Assembly (NCBI GenBank): GCA_017959905.1
Contig: JAGCZS010000003.1
Coordinates: 20,130 to 84,129, forward strand
Reading direction: 5' to 3'
Source: Bacilli bacterium
GTDB taxonomy: Bacteria > Bacillota_I > Bacilli_A > RFN20 > CAG-826
DNA length: 64,000 nucleotides
Part shown: one piece after another, positions 39,204 through 48,747 of the stretch
Layout: each line of letters starts with the position of its first letter
Position numbering within the stretch: the first letter of the stretch is position 1
Translations under genes and position numbers: made by a program
The notes under the pieces: model-generated
Database searches by the model: none
What the model was told of the DNA's origin: nothing
What the model saw: only the letters and a program-made list of their open reading frames with translations

Positions 39204-42200
39204 AGATCATCCAAATCAAATCCGTAATATTTCTCAATAAATCCTTCTAAAGCAACGCTTTTATTATTTATTTCTTCCATTCTGCCCTTATTTAATCTAG
39301 AAATTGGTTGCATTAAATTATACACTAGCGATTCATTTCTTGATATTTTATTCTGTAACCTCATGTTAATATATTTCCGTGTTTCCTCTTTTCTAAATTT
39401 TTCTTTCTCTATCAATTGATAAAAATCGTTTTTTCTTTTTTCGTCAATAAAATTAAAAAAAATATTTCGAGAATCATTGTCCAAATTTTTATTCATTTTA
39501 TTTTTCAAAAAAAATTCTTCTAATAATTCCCATTTACTTCTTAAAATTGGACTAGCTTTTGCTGCTGATGTTATTTTTGCATCTTCTTTATTTTCGTAAA
39601 ATTTTTCTCTTTTATATTTTTCAAATCTTTTAAATATTTCCTCTATAAATTCGACACCAACAGTATGTTGTTCTACAAGTTCTGCTTCATAAACTATTTC
39701 ATCATTAATTTTTATAGAATTTTCATTATTTAATTCAAAAATTGTTCTTTGTTGTTCATATACATTTTGATACCCGCAACTATACGCATTAAAATCATCG
39801 TCACTAATAATTTCTTTATCTTTTGAAAATTCTGGAAAGGACGATAACATATGTTTTGCCCTTAAAAATTCATTAAATAATAAAATAAATTCTCTTTCTT
39901 TCCCTTTAGTTATAGAGACGTTATAGTTAATAATTGGAAAGTTTTCAGTCATTTTTTTAACTATGTTGATGTAACCGTCATGGTATTGATTTTTTTCGTC
40001 TTTATATCCATCTTTATAATAGGCATTAAAACTTTTTATAAGTGAAAAACTGTTTTCTGCTCCATTTCCGCCAAATAATAGCCACGCTTCATGTTCTGCA
40101 TCACGTAAATCTCTAAAACAAACAATGTTACCAAACTGTTTTTTCTTGTTCAAAATTCTATTTGTTCTTGAACATGCTTGCAATAAACTATGGTTTTCAA
40201 GGTCTTTATCAAGCCAAAGCGTATTTAAACATGGAGCATCAAAACCTGTTAAAAACATATTAACGACGATTAATAAATCAATTTCTTTATTTTTCATTTT
40301 TTTAGAAATGCTTCTATAATAATTTCGAATATTACTTATGCTAAAATTTTCTGAAAATGTACTATTATAATCTGAAATAGCTCTGCTTAAAAAATCGCGG
40401 TCATTCTCTAATAATCCAGAAATATCATTATAATCTTCATCACCTTTTTGATTTTCATAAGAATAAATGATAGCTATCTTTATCTGCTTTTTTTGCTCTA
40501 AATTTTTATTTTGTTTTTTAAATTCTTCATAATATTTTCTTGCAGAATTTATAGATTGTGTAGCCAAAATAGAGTTAAAACCTTCTATAATTTTAGAATT
40601 TTGACTGTCTTGTATTTTTAATACAACACTATGGTTGTTTCTATACGTTTGACTATCAAAATTCTTTAAAATATAATCTACAACACAAGAAATTCTTTTA
40701 GGATTTTCATATATGGTTTGCTTATCTAATGATGTCGCTTTTTCATTGCTAATATTATTATTTATTTTTTCAAAAGTATTAACATATGAAAACTTAAATG
40801 GTAAAACATTCCCGTTTTTTATCGCATCGTCAATTGTATAACGATGCAATTCTTCAAAAAACAATTCTTTTGTTGTTTGCCCGTATTTGTTATTAGCGTT
40901 TTTTTCAAAAATTGGTGTTCCAGTAAAACCGAATAAACAATTTTTTTTAAAACTCTTTGTAATTTTATTGCGCATTTCGCCAAATTGGCTTCGATGGCAT
41001 TCATCAAAAATAATAACTGTTTTTTTATTATATACCTGCTGATCGTCGTCTTTGCTTATAAAATCGCTCAATTTTTGTATAGTAGTTATTATTATTTTAG
41101 AGGAATCGCTTTTTAATTGTTCGGCTAATTTTTTCACTGAGCTATTTCCTTCTGCTGAACCTTTTTCAAAACGCTCATACTCTTTTACTGTTTGATCATC
41201 TAAATCTTTTCGATCAACAACAAATAAAACTTTTTCAATATACGGCAACTGCATTATTAACTGAGCAATTTTAAATGAAGTTAACGTTTTTCCGCTTCCG
41301 GTAGCATGCCAAATATAACCGCGCGCATTGTATTTTCCAAAATATTCACCATTATTTACTGCAAAAACTTTCTCCAAAACTTTTTCTGCAGCAAAAATTT
41401 GATATGGCCTCATCACTAAAAGCTCTTTATTAGAAGTAAAACAACAATATTTAGTTATTATTTCTAATAAAACTTTCTTTCGCAAAAACGTTTTTGAAAA
41501 ATTAACTAAATCTTTAATGGCATTATTTTTAGAATCTGCCCAAAAAAAAGTAAACTCAAAACTATTATTCGTACCACTTGTTTTTAAAACATCGCTATTA
41601 TCAATTGTATTATTTCTTGTTGTATTAGCATAATACTTTGTTTCATTGCCGTTTGTTATTATGAATAATTGTATAAATGCAAATAAACCATTATTTGAGC
41701 AAAAATTATATTTTTTATAATTATTAATTTGATTAAAAGCGTTTTCAATATTAATACCAGGTTTTTTAAGTTCTATACAAACCATTGGAATACCATTAAT
41801 CAATATAATTACATCACTTCTGCTACTATCATCTATTTGATATTGATTAATAACTTGCAAATGATTATTTAAAATGTCTTTTTTGTCGATAATTTTTACA
41901 TTGAGTTTCGTTCCGTCATCTAGTAACAATTCATAATAGTAATTTTTTTGTATTTTTTCCGTTTTTTCTTGATAAGAATCTCTATCTTTACTAATATAAT
42001 TATTTAAAAATCTATTCCACTCATCATCTGTAAAATTATAGTTGTTAAGTTTAGACAGTTGACCACGTAAATTTAAAATTAATTCATTTTCGCTATGAAT
42101 TTTTTTATATTCGTATTCCTCTTCTTGAAGCAATTTTATAAATTTTTCTTCAAGTGCTTTTTCGCTACGAAAAAGATAATAATTTGTTTGAATAAAATCA

Positions 42201-42268
42201 TGTTTGGAAACAATTGCGTCTATATTTTCTGTTTCTGAAATAACTTTATAAAATAATTTTTCTGCCAT
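39197..42268 (-). CDS. hsdR: type I restriction endonuclease subunit R (HsdR)
   Basis: 1023 aa. N-terminal nuclease region (SDVIILINGIPMVCIELKKPG, PD-(D/E)xK-like) and SF2 helicase motifs (HATGSGKTLT; IIFDECHRSQ; GFTGTP; QACSRTNR). It starts 7 nt after hsdM ends. Confidence 0.92.
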   Translation of the reverse strand: MAEKLFYKVISETENIDAIVSKHDFIQTNYYLFRSEKALEEKFIKLLQEEEYEYKKIHSENELILNLRGQLSKLNNYNFTDDEWNRFLNNYISKDRDSYQEKTEKIQKNYYYELLLDDGTKLNVKIIDKKDILNNHLQVINQYQIDDSSRSDVIILINGIPMVCIELKKPGINIENAFNQINNYKKYNFCSNNGLFAFIQLFIITNGNETKYYANTTRNNTIDNSDVLKTSGTNNSFEFTFFWADSKNNAIKDLVNFSKTFLRKKVLLEIITKYCCFTSNKELLVMRPYQIFAAEKVLEKVFAVNNGEYFGKYNARGYIWHATGSGKTLTSFKIAQLIMQLPYIEKVLFVVDRKDLDDQTVKEYERFEKGSAEGNSSVKKLAEQLKSDSSKIIITTIQKLSDFISKDDDQQVYNKKTVIIFDECHRSQFGEMRNKITKSFKKNCLFGFTGTPIFEKNANNKYGQTTKELFFEELHRYTIDDAIKNGNVLPFKFSYVNTFEKINNNISNEKATSLDKQTIYENPKRISCVVDYILKNFDSQTYRNNHSVVLKIQDSQNSKIIEGFNSILATQSINSARKYYEEFKKQNKNLEQKKQIKIAIIYSYENQKGDEDYNDISGLLENDRDFLSRAISDYNSTFSENFSISNIRNYYRSISKKMKNKEIDLLIVVNMFLTGFDAPCLNTLWLDKDLENHSLLQACSRTNRILNKKKQFGNIVCFRDLRDAEHEAWLLFGGNGAENSFSLIKSFNAYYKDGYKDEKNQYHDGYINIVKKMTENFPIINYNVSITKGKEREFILLFNEFLRAKHMLSSFPEFSKDKEIISDDDFNAYSCGYQNVYEQQRTIFELNNENSIKINDEIVYEAELVEQHTVGVEFIEEIFKRFEKYKREKFYENKEDAKITSAAKASPILRSKWELLEEFFLKNKMNKNLDNDSRNIFFNFIDEKRKNDFYQLIEKEKFRKEETRKYINMRLQNKISRNESLVYNLMQPISRLNKGRMEEINNKSVALEGFIEKYYGFDLDDLG

Positions 42269-42275
42269 TTTATTA

Positions 42276-43841
42276 CTATAATTGTTCTATTATTTGTTTA
42301 ATTTGGTCTCTAATTTTATTAGATTCTTCAACTATAGATTCTAATTCTTTATTTAAATTTTGTATGTTTATTTCTTGTTCTTCGTTAATATCGTTGAAAA
42401 TATAATTGCCAACAGAGAGATTATAATCGTTATTGGCAATTTCTTCATTACTGACCACTTTCGAAAAAGAATCAATTTCTTTTCTCGCTTTGTAAGTGTC
42501 CAAAATTTTTTTTATGTTTTCTTGTGATAATTTATTTCTGTTGACGACTTTAACACATTCATTGCTAGCGTTAATAAATAAAACATTTTTATTTTCTTTA
42601 CTTTTTCTTAAAACAAGAATACACGCAGGAATTGATGTGCCATAAAAAAGATTTTCTGCCAATAAAATTACGCTATCGACAAAATTATTATTTACCAAAT
42701 ATTGCCTAATTTGTTGTTCCGAACCACTTCTATATAAAATGCCTGGAAAACAAACAATGCTCGCTACACCATCAACATCTAAAAAGTATAAAGAGTGCAT
42801 AATAAAGGCCATATCTGCCTTATTTTTTGGAGCTAACGACCCCGCGGGCATAAACCTGTCGTCAGCATCTAAAACTGGATTATCTTTCCCTTCCCATTTT
42901 ATAGAATATGGCGGATTAGACACTATTACATCACATTTTCCAATTATATCTTTGAGGATTTTATTTTCTTTCGGAACAGTTGTAAGCGTATCAACGTTCA
43001 AAATCTTAAAAGACGCGTATCCGACGCGATGTAAAATCATATTCATCCTACACAAGTTAGCAGTTGTTAAATTAATTTCTTGACCATAATAGTACAATGA
43101 TGTGTCTGTGGAATTTTGTTGTTTTTCTAATATTTTTTTTGCTTTCAAGAGAAGTGAACCAGATCCGCATGCTGGATCATATATAATTGCAATTGCTCGT
43201 TTGTGTTTAAAAACGGCTATTTCCATTAAAAGTTCTGACACCTCTGACGGTGTAAAAAATTCTCCTCCAGATTTTCCGGCTGCAGTTGCATACATGTGCA
43301 TTAAATATTCATATGCTGTACCGAACGTATCAAGTGTAGAGTTATCAGATAATTCCATCTTTTGAACTCCTCTAACCAACGCTTCCATTCTTTGGATTCT
43401 TGCCTGTAAATCTTTTCCTAACTTATCAGAACTAAAATCGATTTCTGTAAATAAACCATCAAAAGCTTCAAATTTCGAAATTTTTTTAAAAATTCTATCT
43501 AAAACGAGATTGATTGCCTCCCCCTCATCCGTTTTATCTTTGCCTAAATTTTTATAAACATTACAAAACAATTCGCTTGGTAATAAAAAATAACCTATTT
43601 CCTTAACAAAACCTTCGCGCCATTCTTCCGCTATTAAGTCATCTACTTGATCATAGCGAAGATTTTGTATCGCGCTATTGCTATCCTCTTCGTTTTTGTG
43701 AAAAGTATATGCTATATTCTCGGATATAAACCTATAGAATATCATTCCTAAAACATATTGTTTGAAATCCCAACTATCAACTTTATTTCTAAGATCATCA
43801 GCGATATCCCAAATTGATTTATAAATTTTATTTTCTAACAT
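42276..43841 (-). CDS. hsdM: type I restriction-modification methyltransferase subunit M (HsdM)
   Basis: HsdM_N-like start (IWDIADDLRNKVDSWDFKQYVLGMIFYRFISE), motif X GGEFFTPSEV, motif I YDPACGSGSLL and motif IV VSNPPYSIKW; 521 aa. Confidence 0.92.
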   Translation of the reverse strand: MLENKIYKSIWDIADDLRNKVDSWDFKQYVLGMIFYRFISENIAYTFHKNEEDSNSAIQNLRYDQVDDLIAEEWREGFVKEIGYFLLPSELFCNVYKNLGKDKTDEGEAINLVLDRIFKKISKFEAFDGLFTEIDFSSDKLGKDLQARIQRMEALVRGVQKMELSDNSTLDTFGTAYEYLMHMYATAAGKSGGEFFTPSEVSELLMEIAVFKHKRAIAIIYDPACGSGSLLLKAKKILEKQQNSTDTSLYYYGQEINLTTANLCRMNMILHRVGYASFKILNVDTLTTVPKENKILKDIIGKCDVIVSNPPYSIKWEGKDNPVLDADDRFMPAGSLAPKNKADMAFIMHSLYFLDVDGVASIVCFPGILYRSGSEQQIRQYLVNNNFVDSVILLAENLFYGTSIPACILVLRKSKENKNVLFINASNECVKVVNRNKLSQENIKKILDTYKARKEIDSFSKVVSNEEIANNDYNLSVGNYIFNDINEEQEINIQNLNKELESIVEESNKIRDQIKQIIEQL

Positions 43842-44297
43842 TTTTTTGTTTTCACTCCTTATGATTTAATATATTATAACAACGATAATATTAAAAATAA
43901 ACAACAAAATTTTTACATAAATTATAAAAATCGTATAAAATCAAAAAAATTATTAATTATTAAAATGACTAAAAAAGATTTTGCCTAACGCTTTGTTTAA
44001 ACTAATAATATTTCTTTCTTCATACTCGTTAAATTCCATTTGATATCGAATAGTAAAATCGCTGTAAAACTGTAAAAATGATATTTATACGTTCGGAATC
44101 TTTCTTGTACAATAACTATATTTTGTGAATATCATCAATTAAAAATCTGTCCACAACATTATGCATGTCCACATTAGTTGATAATTTGTTATTAAAATTT
44201 TGTGGAATCCGTTCCAAATCTCCATAAAGTATCGATACAGATAAATGAGATGTACATAATCAGTAAAATTCTCTATCATGTTCATAATGGCCCAATA

Positions 44298-46160
44298 TCA
44301 ATTTTTTATCAACTCCTCTACGTATCTTGTTTCATTCACATCTAAACCAAAATATAAATAGAGGTCAGAATCATCCCGGACTTTATCAACGTACATAAAT
44401 GGCACAAAAGAATAAACAGCCTTTGTTTCGCGTTGTGTTGTTTTAATCAGCCCAACTAAAAGTCTGAAAAACTTTGTATTAATATATGAAATAACATTTT
44501 TACATTCTTGTTCGTTTTTAAATGGCTAAACTTCAAGAAATGTTTCAGCGAAAAGCGTTCCTGGTTTGCCAATAACTGGATTTGTTGACCCTTCGCCCAT
44601 GATGTCACAGCCAAAACTTTCAGGTATAAACACTTTAAATTTATTTAAGTTGTCAGTTTTTGGCAGCAGATAGGAATTAGAAATATATTTATAAATTATG
44701 TGCTGTTTTTCGCCAAAACCAATAATTTTATAACCGCTCGAAATTTCACTATCGCTAATCTTAGGAAGTTTGTATTTAGATGAATCTTTGAAAAAATCCA
44801 CACTCAGCCCATAAGGTTTACAAGAAGACACCACTTCTTGCGAATGATTTAATAGCAAGCTTCCAAACCTTTTCTTGAACAGATAGGAGCTCTGGCTTCC
44901 TAATAAATATGCTGTCTTTTCCATTTGACAAGTAACATTTTGCACACATTACTTTTTTGCGATCATAATGAGTGAATATATCAGCTTCTGTGCTGCGCTT
45001 TTTATCCCAGAGAAAATAACAGACGCCACCTTTGATTTCTACATTGTCAAAGCATTCACTAGCATCAAAATAATCGTGAAGTACGGCAATGTGTTTATCG
45101 TGAGTCATTGTGCCTCTATAACGATCAAGACCTTTTCCTGCAATCATCCATCTATACGGCATAATCATTGAAAAATAATCCGGGCCAATCTTTTTTGCAA
45201 GCATCCACAAAATAATTGTAGATAGGCATTGAACTAGACTGCGCGCCGACGTCAATCTTTTGATACTGGGAATTACCTACGGCTGCGTTAATTTTTATAT
45301 CACTAACTTATTTAATACTCTCGTATGATTTTATTTTAGTTTTAATTCGTTTTTATCATTATTTTCATTAGATCGATATACTTTTCCAATCTTTTATTTT
45401 TGCATAGACACAGTTGTATTTTTTATTATCGCCAGTTTTGCATCCTAGACGTTCTTCTGTTTCTGGTTTATGGCCGGCAATTTCTGAAAATAATGATAAT
45501 TTGACAAGATTGCGTTTTTTTTCTATAACAACTAAATAGCACAACATACTTGAGTCCGTCCATCTGAAATATGTTCCAACTAAATTATTTTAGAAATTTC
45601 TAAATTTTATCTTCGCTTGGTGTCTGACAAAATTTATTTTATACAAATAATTATCTATAAACGTAGAACAATAGATTTTCTCTAACTAAAGTACATTATC
45701 ATCCTGATAATCAAAGTCATAAATGCTTTAATAAGCAAAAACAAACCATTTAAACCACTCTTCTTCGTCTTCAATGTTTTCATTGATTACTCTAAGTTTT
45801 ATGTCTAAAAGACCGATTCTCAATTTGACATCCAAAAAGCACCGACTGTCGCAGGCAACTTCCATACGCACTGCTATTACATATTCTTTCCAGCCTTTTT
45901 ATTCAAAAACAACCTTTTCAGAAGGAGCCCATGAATTATCTTCATTCTCAAAGTTGAAGGCACCTTGGTATCCCAACCGCTGCTCATCGATCAAATTATT
46001 CTGTTTGTTACGAATCCGTGAAGATGTAAAAACTTCCGCCATATCTCTAATGCACTTATATCCACTAATCAATTTTGAAGAAATACACTGATCACAGCAG
46101 TAATTCTTGCCATGAACAGCATAATTATTGGTTGCCCATACAATATTTTTTTTCAAATGA
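44298..46160 (-). pseudogene. degraded gamma-class N6-adenine DNA methyltransferase (multiple stops and frameshifts)
   Basis: Minus-strand reading crosses at least 3 frames. Order of recognisable pieces: ...WATNNYAVHGKNY...AEVFTSSRIRNKQNNLIDE (motif X, AEVFTP-like), VRMEVACDSRCFL (motif I relic), then stops. Next comes IKINAAVGNSQYQ (NPPYQ relic, Pro-Pro lost), then ...IMPYRWMIAGKGLDRYRGTM...EIKGGVCYFLWDKK..., a frameshift, ...KFKVFIPESFG...GTLFAETFLEV, a stop, and ...ISYINTKFFRLLVGLIKTTQ...SFVPF...LYLYFGLDVNETRYVEELIKN. Track ORFs 44526..44945, 44818..45255 and 45899..46156 are fragments of it. The region is visibly more GC-rich than its surroundings (gcgcgccgacgtc, ggccggc, cggcgcc). Confidence 0.7.
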
Positions 46161-46526
46161 ACGATCGCACAAAAGAATATCTAAAACCTTAAGCATTTTC
46201 TTAAAATATCATACTCATTACATTTCAACATTCTTTGTCATTTTACCGAGATACAATATTTTTCAAAAACAAAGCAAGTTTTTCTTTTTTTCTTAATAGT
46301 TGGTTCATAATGTCCACATTCCAATCTATTGACGCTCACGAAAACAACACCAAATTTCTCTGCCGTCTCTGTTTAGAACAAGAACGTTCTTGTTCTCGGC
46401 GCCTTTATGGATTCGACATATGTCATCTTATTTCTCTGTTTGAGTGTTCGAAGTTAAAAAATCATTAAAAATAGCAAAATATTAAAAAATAACCAAATAC
46501 ACAACATTGATTCAGCTTTTCAAAAA

Positions 46527-46601
46527 TGGGGCGAATAATGGGAATCGAACCCATCCTCACTGTTCCACAGACAGCGGTGCTACCACTACACCATATACGC
46601 C
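46527..46601 (-). tRNA. tRNA-His (anticodon GTG)
   Basis: Hand fold: G(-1)-GCGTATA-TG-GTGT-AGTGGTA-GCAC-C-GCTGT-CTGTGGA-ACAGT-GAGG-ATGGG-TTCGATT-CCCAT-TATTCGC-C-CCA. The encoded G-1 pairs with C73, the His hallmark. There is one U4:U69 mismatch. Confidence 0.85.
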
Positions 46602-46687
46602 ATTATACCAATATATTTTACCATTTGACGAAAATTAAATTAATTTAATTCAAATAAAAAAATCAGTAATTGTAAAAACTAAAAAAA

Positions 46688-47248
46688 TTACTCAATATTT
46701 TTATATGGTTTAATATCTTTTTTAATCTTGTTAGCCATTTTAATACCAAAATGGCGCTTTAAAATAGCAAACGCAAAATCAAAAGAATAAAACATACTTT
46801 TTGATGTTATTATATTTTTATCAATAACAACGTTTTTGTTTTCAAATAATCCCTTGATATTTTTTTCAAAACCAGGATAACATGTAAAATGTTTATTATT
46901 TAACAATCCAACTTTTTCGAGGATACATGGAGCTGCGCAAATAGCATAAATATCTTTTTTTTGCTCATTAAAATCTTTAATAATTTTCAAAATCTTTTTA
47001 TTGTTAATAACAGTTTTTATATTTCCGCCTGGAATAACTAAAAATTTATAATCATCTATTTTTTTTATGTCATTTAATGATAAATTCGTAAAAACATCTA
47101 ATTTTTTAGATGTTGTTACAATTTTTTCGCTACTATCTGAAACACTTATAACATCAACGCCGGCTCGAATTAAGATATCACGCGTTGCAATTCCTTCTGT
47201 ATCCTCAAAACCATTAAAAAATAAAATAAGACATTTAATTTTAACCAT
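46688..47248 (-). CDS. DJ-1/PfpI family protein
   Basis: 186 aa, with GFEDTEGIATRDIL, LVIPGG and the nucleophile elbow IYAICAAPCIL. Confidence 0.85.
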   Translation of the reverse strand: MVKIKCLILFFNGFEDTEGIATRDILIRAGVDVISVSDSSEKIVTTSKKLDVFTNLSLNDIKKIDDYKFLVIPGGNIKTVINNKKILKIIKDFNEQKKDIYAICAAPCILEKVGLLNNKHFTCYPGFEKNIKGLFENKNVVIDKNIITSKSMFYSFDFAFAILKRHFGIKMANKIKKDIKPYKNIE

Positions 47249-47280
47249 ACTTTATATTTTAATTTAAAATTATTATTGAA

Positions 47281-48537
47281 ATGACAAAAAAAATTATTAA
47301 TGAACCATTTGCAAATTATTTTCGACCGCTTTCGTTTAACGACATAGTAGGTCAAAAACATCTATTTTCAAATAACAATATTTTTTTAAAAACTATTAAT
47401 AATCAAGAAATACCAAACTTAATATTTTATGGTCCGCCCGGAACAGGGAAAACTTCTGTTGCGGAAATTATTGCTAAAAAAAGTAATAAAAAAATTTTTA
47501 AACTTAACTGTACAACAGCTAAAACAAATGACATTAGCAAAATAATAAAAAGTCTGGATACTGATAAAAACAAAAAAATTTTGTTATATCTCGATGAAAT
47601 CCAATATTTTAATAAAAAACAACAACAAACAATATTAGAATTTATTGAAAATGGAAAAATTACACTAATTGCGTCAACAACAGAAAATCCTTATTTTTAT
47701 ATTTATAACGGCTTATTAAGCCGATCAATGGTTTTTGAATTTAAATTATTAAGAAAAGAAGACATTAAAAAACGTTTAGATTTTATAATTAAAATATTAG
47801 AAATAGATATTGATGCTGATGCAATTGATTTTTTAAGCGTCGCTAGCAATGGAGATATGCGCAAGGCAATAAATTTTATCGAATTTATCTACAAAAGCGA
47901 TGAAAAAAAAATAGATTTAGAAAATTGCCAAAAAATAATTGATAAAAATTACGCTAATTTTTACAAAAATGGCGACATTTTTTATGATTTATTAAGCGGC
48001 CTACACAAATCTATAAGAGGTAGCGATGTAAATGCTGCTTTATTTTATTTGGCAAAGTTATTGGATAATGGTAATTTAATAAGCGCGTGTCGTCGATTGT
48101 TATGCGTTGCCAATGAAGACATTGGTTTAGCTAATCCTCAAGTAATCGCTCTAACAAAAGCCGCTGTAGACAGCGCTTTAATGTTGGGAATGCCTGAAGG
48201 CAGATTACCGCTTAGTAATATAACAATTTTATTAGCCAGCTCGCCAAAATCAAATAGCGCTTTATCAATTGATATGGCACTAAAAGATGTTCGCGAAGGA
48301 AAGGGAAAGAAATTTCCACGCGCAATCCAAAATTGGCATTTTAATGGTGACGATGATGCAAAAAAACAAAATTATAAATATCCACATAATTATGAAAATC
48401 ATTATGTGCAACAACAATATATGCCTGATGATTTAAAAGATGTTGTTTATTATCGCCGTGACATTAACAATAACAAAATCGAAAATAAATATGCAGATTA
48501 TTTAAATAAAATTAAAAAAACTAAAAATAAGTCATAG
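47281..48537 (+). CDS. rarA: replication-associated recombination protein A (RarA/MgsA AAA+ ATPase)
   Basis: FRPLSFNDIVGQKHL, GPPGTGKTS, LYLDEIQYFNK, ATTENPYF, GDMRKA and HKSIRGSDVNAALFYLAKLL motifs, plus a C-terminal MgsA domain. Confidence 0.9.
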   Translation: MTKKIINEPFANYFRPLSFNDIVGQKHLFSNNNIFLKTINNQEIPNLIFYGPPGTGKTSVAEIIAKKSNKKIFKLNCTTAKTNDISKIIKSLDTDKNKKILLYLDEIQYFNKKQQQTILEFIENGKITLIASTTENPYFYIYNGLLSRSMVFEFKLLRKEDIKKRLDFIIKILEIDIDADAIDFLSVASNGDMRKAINFIEFIYKSDEKKIDLENCQKIIDKNYANFYKNGDIFYDLLSGLHKSIRGSDVNAALFYLAKLLDNGNLISACRRLLCVANEDIGLANPQVIALTKAAVDSALMLGMPEGRLPLSNITILLASSPKSNSALSIDMALKDVREGKGKKFPRAIQNWHFNGDDDAKKQNYKYPHNYENHYVQQQYMPDDLKDVVYYRRDINNNKIENKYADYLNKIKKTKNKS

Positions 48538-48575
48538 CACTACGTTTTAATTTTATAATTCCAATTCTTTTGTGT

Positions 48576-48650
48576 TGGTGATCTTAACGGGAGTCGAACC
48601 CGTGTCTTAGCATTGAGAGAGCTACGTCTTAACCGTTTGACTATAAGACC
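48576..48650 (-). tRNA. tRNA-Glu (anticodon CTC)
   Basis: Hand fold: GGTCTTA-TA-GTCA-AACGGTTA-AGAC-G-TAGCT-CTCTCAA-TGCTA-AGAC-ACGGG-TTCGACT-CCCGT-TAAGATC-A-CCA. The D arm and T arm (GTCAA.CGGTTAAGAC ... ACACGGGTTCGA.TCCCGT) match Bacillus tRNA-Glu as I recall it. There is a U31:U39 mismatch. Confidence 0.8.
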
Positions 48651-48747
48651 ATTACGTTTCTTTAAATTAAAATTTATTTAATTTAAACGTTTTTATTATA
48701 ATTTAGCAGACAAAGTTAGTCTAATTATTATCTTTATTGTTTACTTT

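Noticed and set aside
45774-46468. Plus-strand ORFs 45774..46091, 46075..46296 and 46235..46468 in the ORF track.
   Set aside because: They lie antisense to, or within, the decayed methyltransferase region and have no recognisable motifs or SD. The minus-strand reading carries the homology signal.
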